64,000 bases of DNA from Pocillopora damicornis (taxonomy: Eukaryota): the NCBI RefSeq assembly GCF_003704095.1, contig NW_020847681.1, forward strand, positions 248,001 through 312,000, given 5' to 3'. The position numbers and the translations under genes are program-made. The notes beneath the pieces are model-generated. The model had not been told where the DNA came from, did no database searches, and saw nothing but the letters and a program-made list of their open reading frames with translations. Shown piece by piece: positions 41,901 through 53,900 of the stretch. Position 1 is the first letter of the stretch; each line of letters starts with the position of its first letter.

Positions 41901-44900
41901 TATTACCCACAAGATATGCTTTTATTATTTCAGACCGAAAGAGAGCAGTTCTACGCTCGTATATCCGCAGGAAATATAGTATATCAAAATGTCATGACTT
42001 CTGACCTTCCTGAAGCTAATAACAGTCTGCTAAGTCTTTCCACCAGGGTAAGGATATGATATTTTATCTGTGGTTTAAAAGGCGGCCAGAGGCAACGATG
42101 ATAATAATGACAACTAGGACGAGGACGGTGACGGTGACAAAGACAGTGATGAGGAAGGTGACAAGACGGTCAGAGAAGACGGGGAGATAGACTAAAACTA
42201 GTACGGTGACGAAGACGGGGTTTAGGACAACAAATAGGACTTGAACAGTGACGGAGCGGTGAAGAAGACGAAAACATGCACAAGGACTAGTACAGTGACG
42301 AAGTCAGGGACATAGATGACGACGGGGAAGAGTACTGGGAGGAGGACGAAAATTTGGACGACCACCAGTACGGTGACGAAAGACAAGGGCGCGGACTAAA
42401 ACATTGACGAGAAGTAATACGGTGTCGAGAACATGGACGAAGACAGCGACAGGAACGAGGACGAGAACATTGACGAGGGCTATTACAGTGACAAGAACGA
42501 AGACAGTGATGAGGACGGGGAAAACAACAAGAACGAGGACGAGAATGAGGACGAATTAGATTATTTGACGATGACGATAATGACTTTGTTCTTGTACCCA
42601 TTAAGATGAGATTTTCTTCGTCGTGCAAAGAGAAAAAAAATAATTCAGTTCTTCAAACTGTGTGGCACTGCGTTGAAATATGGCATTTAGATATAGAGAT
42701 CGTATCCTTTATCTTTTTTAATCTATAGGCTCAAGATCTACGCAGTTTTTCAAAAGAAGCTGGAGCTAATTCCACTAATACTCTGGTGAATATCATCTAT
42801 GAAAAGAATGCAACATTATCTGCAAAGACATACCTTACATGTGAGTGTACTAGCATCTGTAAAAGTACAGTAACTCTCGCAAGAATAATCAGCTGGCTGC
42901 TTTTAGCTGAGTTGAACCATACTCCATTCGTGAACTGTTCTGGGAAAGGGCCTTTCAAAAGCTAGTTGAAATTTATACAGGATCAGTGAATCTCTCTTCT
43001 CTACAAATGCTCGATGTCGAGAAAGCGTTAAGGAATCATTTTAATCAAAAACCCAACGCAGAGTAATACCCTCCAGTTCGGATGGCCTTTGAGATTAAGG
43101 GGGGAAATGAGTGGCTGCACGCCAGGCTCAAGTGAGAATGTTATTGTCCAATGCACTGTCTCCTAATGCGTAGCTTTTGATCTCACTTGGCCACCCTGGA
43201 CCCCACCCTGCTTATTGCTCTCATCTATCAACTCTAAATAAGTCATTAGAAGCAGGTCTTCGGCGGTCAGAGTAGATCATTGGATGAAATTCTGCGGAGA
43301 TGTTTCTATGAAGGAAGCACTACCTTAGACGCACCAGCTTCCTATTCTTTCTCAATATTTACTCCCAAAGCCTATTCTATGTATGGTGATAACTGCAGAG
43401 TAGCCGAGATTTGAAATCTGGCATTCTTTCTTCGAGACGGGTTTCCTTTCCAAGCTTACGAGTCTCATCGAACTGAAGAAACTGATTACAACGGGACAGT
43501 GACCCAACCTTTCCACTAACTTCTATTAGACATTGTTCCGCCGGTCAGCAGAGACAAAACTTCGTTTCAAAGCAATTTTCCGACCGAGCATACGTTATAC
43601 GTAAAATACAGCAAAAACATGTCGGCAATTCTCTTTCAGCTGTGGATACCATCATTGAGGACGTGCGAAATGCTCTCGAAGAACACCATGTTGCTGCATT
43701 AAAATTCCAGAGACACTCAGCTGAAGCTTTACGCCAAACAATGAATAGGAACTTTAGTCAATATTCCCAGGATATAAGTAAAAAATTATGGATGGCTGAA
43801 AACACGTCTGTTCTTGCCGGACAAACATTGGAACAGGTATGCAACCTTACTTACTAGTAGTAATCCCCGCTCAACTTGGCTCGGTAACTCATATTTTTAA
43901 CCAGTGTTGGCTACCTGAGGAAAAACAGGGGTCAGCAGGTACTTTTGCCAGCTTGCTATTGTTCCAAGTATTTAACAAATACATTGTTTGACATAAATTT
44001 ACCCTTGACTTACCGTAATAATTAGGTTTTTTCATCTTAGTGTCAAAATTTGAAAGCAGCATCTTAGAAATTTATGAAAGAGTCTTATCCATACCAGTGA
44101 AATCACAGTATTTAGAGTTTCGTCCAATGCTTCAACCTCAGTGTTCCTCAATTTCTTGAAATACTACAACTTCTCTAATTTCTGCTCTTTCAGCTGCTAA
44201 GTTTAATCTTACATCTGAATTTCATTATCTATGTCCCCTGAGTGGAATATTCATAAGTGATTCCTCTCATTACTCTAAATCAACTGTCTTATATCTAATG
44301 TTCAAGACACTATAAAAAATGTCTGCCATACAATACCGGTAATTATTTATTTTACAATGATAATGCCATGTAACGCTATGAAACGCAATATAACCCAATA
44401 CACTACACCCTGTAAGGTTTGCCGTTCTACATCCAGTAAATCGATATATTTCATATGTATCAGGTCATGTCCAAGCTGTTTCATGCTCAAAAACTTGAAA
44501 TCTCGGTGCAAGAGAAAGCAGCTAATTACATACAGATCCAGGAGAGCTGGAATCAATCACATGCAACCTTCAAGGAAACGATAGAAAAGGTTTATAATTA
44601 TTCTGGCGAAATGCATGCCACTCTAACGGAGGCAAAGGTATGTTTGTCTTGGTAATGCAGCTGCTACGCTTTCTCTCTTTCTTATTTATCGTACAGTACA
44701 TCGTTACATGAAAAGTAAAGACAGGATAATTACTTGGTGAAAGATAAAATCTAAATCGAGGCAAGTCTCTTTGAAAGTCAAAGGCTGCCTTCCTCCCTTC
44801 TCTGTTTCGTTATCTGTTATCACACACAAAGAGAAGCCCCTGATGCCGAGGTTTTTTGTCCGCCTATTCCAAAGAAAGATGGGGTGTTGCAAACTAAGCA

Positions 44901-47900
44901 CTTTGAGGGGTGATGCATTACACCTGGTAGTATAAGCTCCTTCTGTGAGTTAAACTTCAGGTAGATTAAAGACTCAACGCACTTCACTTGAATTAATTGT
45001 ACAAATGCGTAAATCAAGATCCAGCCCGATAAGGCTTCAAATTCTTTGTATAAAACGTATTTGGCTCGCATCAGTCGGCAATAAACCAATTACAAGGTAT
45101 CTACCATGCTATATCTACCTAGGATGTTTCTCTTTACATGATTTAATCTGCTATTACAGAATCTTCTGGAGAACGAATTACACGCTTTGAACAGTTCCAA
45201 GTTTTCGTTGGCTGACACAAATATGACATTAAATAACACAAGACTTGTTCTAACGCGTGGCTCATCTATATTTGAGGTAACAAGCCATCATCTCTGATCT
45301 ATTACAAGCCTGTTCGTTCATTTCCCTCTCTTAAAAACTAATCAACACATGGAGGGATATGATATGAAGTTTTTAGTACTAATTGGCAGTTCCTGATTTT
45401 GTCGATGCAATCCTCAGGGATTGTGGCTAAAAATTTTACCTTTAAGAAATCATTACGCTGTCACTCCCGTGAACAAAATCATCCAGAGGTGGGTAATTGC
45501 TAGATAGATGGCTTTTAATCTGCTGCCAACACAAATTTATCATTCAAGTACGCGCTAAACTTATCCTGATGATGCTTAAAGCCAGTATAGTACATGTATT
45601 TCTATTGATACAAATTTTGGCAAGCTGTAGTAAATTTACTTTGCACGTAGTTTAAATTCTGCCGTGTGATGTCGAGGCGCTGACTGCAACCAGCTACTTG
45701 CAAAATTGTTGAGACAAGTTGGAGTACCCATCATACGAGTTCTAATTGCGTTATCTTGCAGGGCAAATTCGTGGAGCCCCAATAAAACAAATTAGCACAA
45801 CGTTGTCGCGACTACATTTGTCGTAGTCGTGGATATATGCATTGACCTGCATGAATTTTCCTTTTCCTGTATAATCTTTGTGATTATTCTTTACGCATCA
45901 GGAATATCAAAGTTCTTTATCTCCTGTTAATGGCGAACTGGAGGTATCCATGCTGCAGTACGAACGGCGACAAACACAATTTGTCTTGCGCATCGAAAGG
46001 GGACGTAATCTTCCCCCAAAGGATCTTTCACGTCAAACCTCAGACCCGTATGTTTTGGTATCGATTATTCCCGATTGGAATAATGAGGGGACTAAAACGA
46101 CATCTACTGTAAACGGTAAGGCTCTCATGAAATAATAAAACTTCATGATAAAGACTTAAGTGAGGCCAATATTTGTCTCTGCTGAAGGTGTTTACTAGCT
46201 CTGCACTCTCTGCAAAGGAAATAGCCCCTCTAGATTATCAACTTTTGTATACGTTCCTTACATTTACTTAATTAATTCTTGTAATTTTATTTGTGCTTAC
46301 AAGCTTTTTCATCGTAAATATTTTCAATGTAAGTTCTCGGACCATCCAACAGTCACGGATATGGATCTGTTCACACATCTTGTGTAAAGATTAGAATTTT
46401 GTCGTTTATTGTTGCTTGGCTAATCCTGAACATGAACGCTTAAGATGACTTTTTAAAATATATAACTGATGATTGACTCGTTTATTTTTTAAACGATACC
46501 AAAAATAACTCAAGTTGTCATGAACAAAGAATATCACAATTCTAGTTTCCTCGGATCAATATCAGTATCTGGGTAACTGTCCACCTACCCCTCCCCTAAC
46601 CCAACAACAGTCAATTGATAACAAGTTAGGGTTAATGTTGGGTTAGGGGAGGGGTAGGTGGGCAGTTGCCCAGATACTGATATTGATCCGTTTCCTCTTT
46701 GTAGATTTAAAATTTACCGAACCACCCTGTTCATCCCCAAAAGGATTTTTCAATATTGATCATTGAAACTGATAACTAGCCAGTAGTTCTCATTATGTCT
46801 ACACGCAATAACTGTTACAAAAAGATTTTTATTTTGAACGTAATAACGGACTGGCATACCTTGAAGTGATGTATACTGTTATCCAACAAGTGGTCCTTTG
46901 TTGCTGTTCAAAAAAATGAGGAATCGTTGATCGTGGAATTTTCCATCTTAATCATCTACAGGTGATTTAAACCCAAGTTTCCCATTTGGCGATGTAATTC
47001 GTTTCACCATATCAATGGAGCAGTTGAATATTACCAAACTGAATCTAGCCGTGTATGACCACGATCCTGGTGAAGAGGATGATTTAATTGGCATGGCACT
47101 TATTGATTTGTCCAAAGTAGAAAACTTCCTTGATAACATCGTCACCGAATGGTATCCACTAATTCCACAGGTATATAATGACTGTAATGATGACAATGTG
47201 TAAATCGAATTTGAATGAATGTTATCATAAGGGTGATATTTGTGATTTACGGGATCCGGATGGCGCTGCTTGATAGTGTCAACTACTTATCATTCAAAAT
47301 CTTATATTTTTGACGCAAATTATACCTATTACAAATTTATAAAGACTTTATTTATTGAATGCTGTAGAATTTAATTGAAAACTTTTGAGGATCCGTACTT
47401 TACTTTCAATCTCGAAAAATAATTTTTATCATCTATCCAGAAATTGGCGTGCTCTTTCTTAGTGTCTTAAATCAGTAACAGTTTTGTATCTTATTCAGTA
47501 TACCCTAAGCGATTGTACTCATGTTCAAGTAGGATCGGTTCAAGTATTTTTGTTTAAAATTGATTTTGGGCAATTTGGTCTTCGTAAAACGTTCCATAGT
47601 GTGGGAGAAAATGTCACAAAAAAATGATTATTTTTGTGTTATGTCCTAGGACCTGTCTGAAATAAGCAGTGGGAACTTTGTTCCACAGAGTGGACTAACA
47701 GATGTATCAAACCTACTGGAAATGGAAGTTGACAGCATCAAGCAGAAGCTGTTTTCTGCCGAAGTTAAACTGTATCAGGCTGAAAACCAGGCCTCATATC
47801 TGCAGTCACTCGCTAACCAAATGGATCAGTGAGTGCAAATTACATCAGTACAAAGAAGAGATTGAAGCAAATACCACCCACTCGCGAAATTCTCGATGAA

Positions 47901-50900
47901 GTTTTTTTATTTGGGGGGAAAGATTCTGCTTCTTGTTCTTGATCGCATTTTTTATTCAGGATAACAATGGGCAATAAGTCAGCAATTTTGGTTGTCCACA
48001 TTAGCTATGATTAGGAAATTTTTCATTCGTTTTCAATTTTATTGAAAAATTTTAGACGAGTACCTTCTGAATGGTTAGAAACCTTCTTTCAAACGCACCA
48101 TTTCTTCATTCTTTTATTTCTTAAAAACTCTTTATTTTCCGTTATTCCTGGTCAGTGTACTAAAAAGTTTGTCTTTTTCCTTATTTGAAGAACGTTCAAT
48201 CGTAGTCAGACTCATGGTGCTGAAGCTTTATCGACGATCGACAGATATTCTGAGATAAGTAAGTTTGTGAACAGGTCTTTAAGTCTCGTGGAACAGGCAA
48301 ACAACACAGTGCACGTCCTCGACCAACAGGTGCGTGACGTTGAGTTTGACAATTAAAGATTAAAGCACGTTACATAATGGAATGTACTGCGCTTTTATAA
48401 ATACAAATTTAAAGATCTAATGATGATATACCCATGCCTTGAACTATGATGTAAACGAGTGAGAAATCCGGGACATAAAGTGATCCGCAGGAGGAGTTAC
48501 TATCAACGTTAAAAGATTGTCAAAGTTTGGGTATAGGGTCGAAAAACTTTCATGCAGCAAGTTACGGTCTTTCGTTTACACGCGTCCTTAGTCGATGAAC
48601 CGCATTTTTTGTCATGTGTTATCGGTTATTTCTTCTTTCGTGTTTTCAACCCGTTATATGTTGTCAGCCATTTGTTAAAATAGACGGCATGACATGGCTG
48701 CATAGGGATACCACGTTTTTAATGATTTCAAGTAATAAAATTCATAATTCCCATTTCTGGTTTAAAGCTCAGCGTTTTTTCTCTGGCTTACCTTCAAACC
48801 GGGGCACAAAAAGCGTGGCAAGGATGGTATGAGCTTTACAACGTTACAGAAGAACGAAACGCTACTATACAAAGTGAGTCTTGCGACAGATGCTATATTT
48901 TCTCAAGTGAACGCTTAGTTCCAAGAAACGCCAGGTCTATTTACATTTTATATAAACCCCCTCCGTGGGGGAGGGGGGCGGCGGCGGTCCCTATTTGTCC
49001 TCAGTGGGTCTGTACCATTCAGCTGGGTGTGTCACCTGGTACAATTACTAAATTATGCGTGAATAGTTAACTTCGCCTTTCACAAGATGGAGAAGGTTCA
49101 GAACTCCAATCCAAAAATGAACGAAAAAACGTATACACTGAATAATGGCCTATGATTTGCAAACATTCCTTATAGATCAGCGAGAAACACTTCATTTTCA
49201 CCTTGAGCGTCTCAATTTTGCTCGTTAAATATAGGCAGACTCCCCTTAAGAAACACAGACGTCCCCTGAATTATCTTATGCGGGCATAACTTTAACTTGC
49301 TCTGCTGGGATAAAAGAAGATTCACACTTCGCCTATAGGACCACTTTTTCTTTACCGCCCACAACTCTTTAACCGAGAACATGCAGTTATGTGATTTATA
49401 AATTCACAATGAATGAAAAAAGTTCTGCATCCCAGCTTACATGGAGAAACACCCACAGCGGTCTGAAAAACTGTCAGCTTTGCGATCCCTATTTTCATGT
49501 AGCTCTCCTTTTACGTACATGTCGATCAAAATAAATTCTTAAAAGATTATTTCCTCTTTTTAAGACTTGGAAAAAGCGATTCATCAGGCAAATTTGACAT
49601 TCTTAAATTCCTTGGATGTATGGAATGACGTTTACAAGCATTTTCCCGCCATTCAGGATGCAGCCGTCCAGTTCCGTATCGCCGCCGCGAAAGGTGAGCT
49701 CTATGAATGCTTTAATAAGCTAACTTTTAACGTTTATAAAGCCTTTCAGTAAGAAAGTTTGGGGACATAAAGAAAATGATATAATGAAATTCTACAATTC
49801 ATTGCGAAATTACGTTAAATAGAAGTATTTCATGAGAGTATCATAAAGATTACCTTAACTAAAATGTGCAAAAAATGGTAAGTAGGGAAACAAAGTGGCG
49901 TGAATTGCGAACATGGAGTGTTGGGGTGATAATGACGTTATTTTCATCACTCTTTGCTTTAAGCTCCGGATGTTTCACCTATTCTGATGCAAGCACAAGA
50001 CAAAGTGACCAATGCAAGTGTATTTCTATCTACACTGGAGGATGAGCTGAATGTAATGGGCTTGCTTATAGAGACTTTGTTAAATAAAACGTGGTTTATT
50101 AAAGAATCATCTCAAGACGGAATAAAGTTGGTTAATGACGCCTTTAGTAATGGTAAGTAAAGTGTTTAGCTATCACTGCGAAAAAAAATTAGGACAGTAC
50201 CTAATGCTGAAACTGCAGACGTGTTCAGCCTGATTTACGATGTAATTTTGTTTTAAGTAAACTTCAAGCGGCTATCATCGATTTTAAGCCGTAAAGGGCA
50301 AATTTTTAGATGAAAGAAAAAACTTAAGTTTCATAACATCCCATAAAAAAGTTTTGTTCCAGTAAACTTCAAGCGGCTATCATCGTTTTTAGGCCGTAAA
50401 GGACAAATTTTTAAATTAAAAAAAACTTGAGTTTCATAACATCCCATGAGAAAGTTTTCTTTGTTCCTTTACAGTGCAAAATATCTCAGCAAAGCTTGTA
50501 CCAAATCCAAATGAGCCGAAAGTAAATGCTACTGTTAGAGAAGCCAAAACAGCAATGGATTCACTTTCGCCTATCCGAAGTCAAGTAGAAACACGAATGA
50601 CCAATGTATCAGACAAACTTAATCAAGTGAGAAGAATGGCCGCCTCGCTGCCTTTAGCCCTTCTCATTATGAACAATAGCTGGGTACAATTTGTTCCATC
50701 TGCCCAAACGATTGGAAATCCTTTGAAAAACGAGATTTCGTTTGATATCAAGACTAACGTCACCGAGGGTCTTGTGATGTATCTGATAGCAGAGCCTCGT
50801 GAAAAGCCCACGGAACGCTCTAATTGGCTGGTAAGACTTGTAGAATGTTGTTTATGGACATATAACCCAGAGAATCGTGCCCAAGAAACCATAAACTTTT

Positions 50901-53900
50901 TCCCCTATTATTAAAAGGTACATACAAAAGTTATACAGGGGAAAGCGATAGTGTAACAGCGCAGGAATCAGCGGGTAAAGAGAGAAAAAGAGCGCCTGAT
51001 ACGATCACTACACGATTCGTTTACCGCTGGTCAGGAATAAGAATTTTTGTCTACTTGGTTTAACTCTCACAAAAATTGTTACGTCAAAACCGTCTCTTTT
51101 TTATAGTAGCGAACATTGAATCAATGGTAACAAAAAACCTTTTTTCAAATTTGAAATTTAATTTAATTTAATTTTCGTTCAGCTGGTTTTATTCAGTAAT
51201 TCATTTGTTCATCTTCCTGCTCCCTAATTTATATTTAGACAAAAAGCCTCGCCTTCTTCATATCAAACAGTTCTATCAGTGTCGTGTATGACCTCGGTGC
51301 TGGACCGATTACGGCTCAGAATCCCTTGGTACTTAAAAATGACACCTGGTACAACGTGTATTTCACCAGGTAAGCACGTAACTACCATACTTACGGACCC
51401 GAAGAGGTGGAAATCCTCTAGAAGTGATTTATTCATATTAACCATATTTTGTCAACAGCGATATCAACATGGAATTGACCGAAAGGATTCATATCAGTGC
51501 AGAATGCTTGTCACTTACTACTTACTTACTACCTGCTTCTTAGTGCTACACCCGTCTCTGGTGCTGCGTCCGCTGTTGAACTGTCCACAACGGGGAACAG
51601 TCTTTCTCAGTATTACCCTTACCTGGATGGTCAGACTATACAATCGTACTTGTAGTCATATTAGGAAACAACCTCCCTTTTCCTTTTCACATCCCTTGTC
51701 TTTACACCAGATTCTGCTACCCTTTACAACTTTATTAACATTAGTCAGCATACTTACTGGCAAAATGCCAACTCTCTCATCTCTAGAATGTAAATTTTTT
51801 CAATTGATGTCTCCGAAAAATATACCTTTTATTAGGTAAGCTTTATCGTTTCATATTGTTATTACACTTTGCAAATTACCTCTGAACAGATTTGAAGCTG
51901 AGGCATTCTTAACAGTCAGCGCAGACCGACAGATTCGCGAGACAATCTCCATAAATGGCTCATCAGTTAATGGAAGGACATTGCAATTTAGCAATGAAAG
52001 CATCATTTACCTGGGAGGCGTACCTTCAAACGTGATGGTAGTTTCACTCTGGCTTTAAAATAGTTCATACCGCCCCCATATCGGAATGGCCACAATATTA
52101 ATAACTGCATGCTGTTACAAATAAAATTGTGCAAATGCGATCATCAATCACATCCTTTCTCTAGACAAGAGACAACGTTAGATTAATTTTAACTGAAATC
52201 TTCTCACATGTAATAACACGAGCCTAATGAAATTTGATGCCGTTCCATTCCTCAGGGATCTCTACCGATGGATCACTTCAGAGGCATGGTCGATAATCTT
52301 GTTATTGACAACTATCGCTACAATCTCTGGAACTCTGCACAATCTCATGATGGTGTCAAGTACGCAGTTCCACGATACAAACCCATCTACTATCCGGCCG
52401 ATGGAAAAGCTGTTAGTTTTTATGGAAATGGTTTCCTCCAACATGCAGTTGGGCAATTCAATGTCAGCTTGGGGTATGCATCTGTAGAATTAGACTTCAG
52501 AACCCTGCATCAGAATGGTATCATGATGGCTGTATCCAGTGAAGAACAGAGATATGTTCTTGTTCTTTATCTTCATAATGGACAAGTTAAATACTTTTTC
52601 GAACTTGGGGAAAATGATGGAATTACAATGACAAGCAGTGGGTGAGTAGGACACCCCAATTATCGTATCATACTACAAAAAAACACATTCATTGATTTAG
52701 CATTTCTCTGTAGTGGTCTCCCTAAGTGAGGTATTGTATATTGTGATTTTAACTTTATAGAACTGGCTCTCACCGGATTAAAGAAATAAGGGAAGTTCGA
52801 ATTTCAGGGCCAAACGAACTGAACTCCCCAGACAATTGTATTTAAAATTGTCTCTCTTAGACATTTTTTAAAAGCTAACAAAGGTAGCTCATTGTAAGTA
52901 TATTCACAGGTCTTCATACGGCGATGGGCGCTGGTATCATGTTCGTATCATGCGCACTTCCGTAAATGCGACGCTAACTGTAAATCCTGTGGGCTCAGCT
53001 CAAACATCTGACAGTCATTTTGTCGACACCGGTCAAACGGTAATGGCCAATAGTCATCTAATCACTTTCGGAGCTCTAAACCCTAACAGGTTTGTACTGA
53101 GAACTTAACGAGTATTCGTTGGTGATTATGCATTAACAGTAAAATGTCTTGCGTTTCTTACAGAAAACACCAGCTGATCTCTGTATTAAAGGGTGCTTTC
53201 ATACATTTTTCTGCCAGCATGCCTGCGTCAATCACTGAATAACATCTTCCTTCGCCAAAATCACCAGGCTCTAAAATTACCATCTTCATTTGCATCATCA
53301 CTGCGCAAAAGCATCACATAGCAAAATTGCTCTCCTCGGAGTATGCAAGACGCTTGTTGCAATGAACATAGTTAAACGGCCGTACTTACTACGAGTCTCC
53401 CATGATTCAGTGGTAGATCGTCCGAAGTACTAGTTGGAAGGCCGTTGGTTCGACTCCTATCTGGGAGCCCTCAGAGTTTTTTTCCCTCGAAGTATCCCTG
53501 TGTAATTCACTAAATAACACCTTCCATCAATTAGATTACCAGGCTTAAAATCTACTATCTTCATTTACACCATCATTGCACTTGTGCATCACAAACGACA
53601 TTCCTATCCTCAAGGGATGTAGGGAATTTATCGCTATGGACTTACTTAATGGCCTTACTTGTCACGAGTCTCCCGTAGCTTATCTGTAGGACGTCCGAAG
53701 TCCTAATCGGAAGGTCTTAGGTTAGACAGACGAAGACTTTTTTATTCCGATTTCGCCTGTCATTCACTAAATGACGTCTTCCTTCACTTTAATAACCACG
53801 CTTAAAATTCGCCATCTTCATTTTCATCGTTATAGCGTTTGAGCATCACGTATTGACATTCCTGTCCTCAAAGTATGGAAAACGTTTATCACCCTGGACT

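Noticed and set aside
42287-42628. 113-aa Arg/Pro/Cys/Ser-rich ORF on the minus strand
   Set aside because: Antisense reading of a low-complexity purine tract.
45902-47170. Independent nested synaptotagmin-like gene, or a C2 copied from neighbouring MCTP
   Set aside because: The cassette is bounded by acceptor and donor sites in phase with the laminin exons and has no terminal exon of its own. Topology and intron position differ from the MCTP C2 domains.
51279-51839. 186-aa ORF
   Set aside because: Off-frame overlap of a laminin LG exon running into intron; no recognisable domain.
53393-53472. Functional tRNA gene
   Set aside because: Acceptor and anticodon stems pair poorly, and it is one unit of a decaying tandem array.
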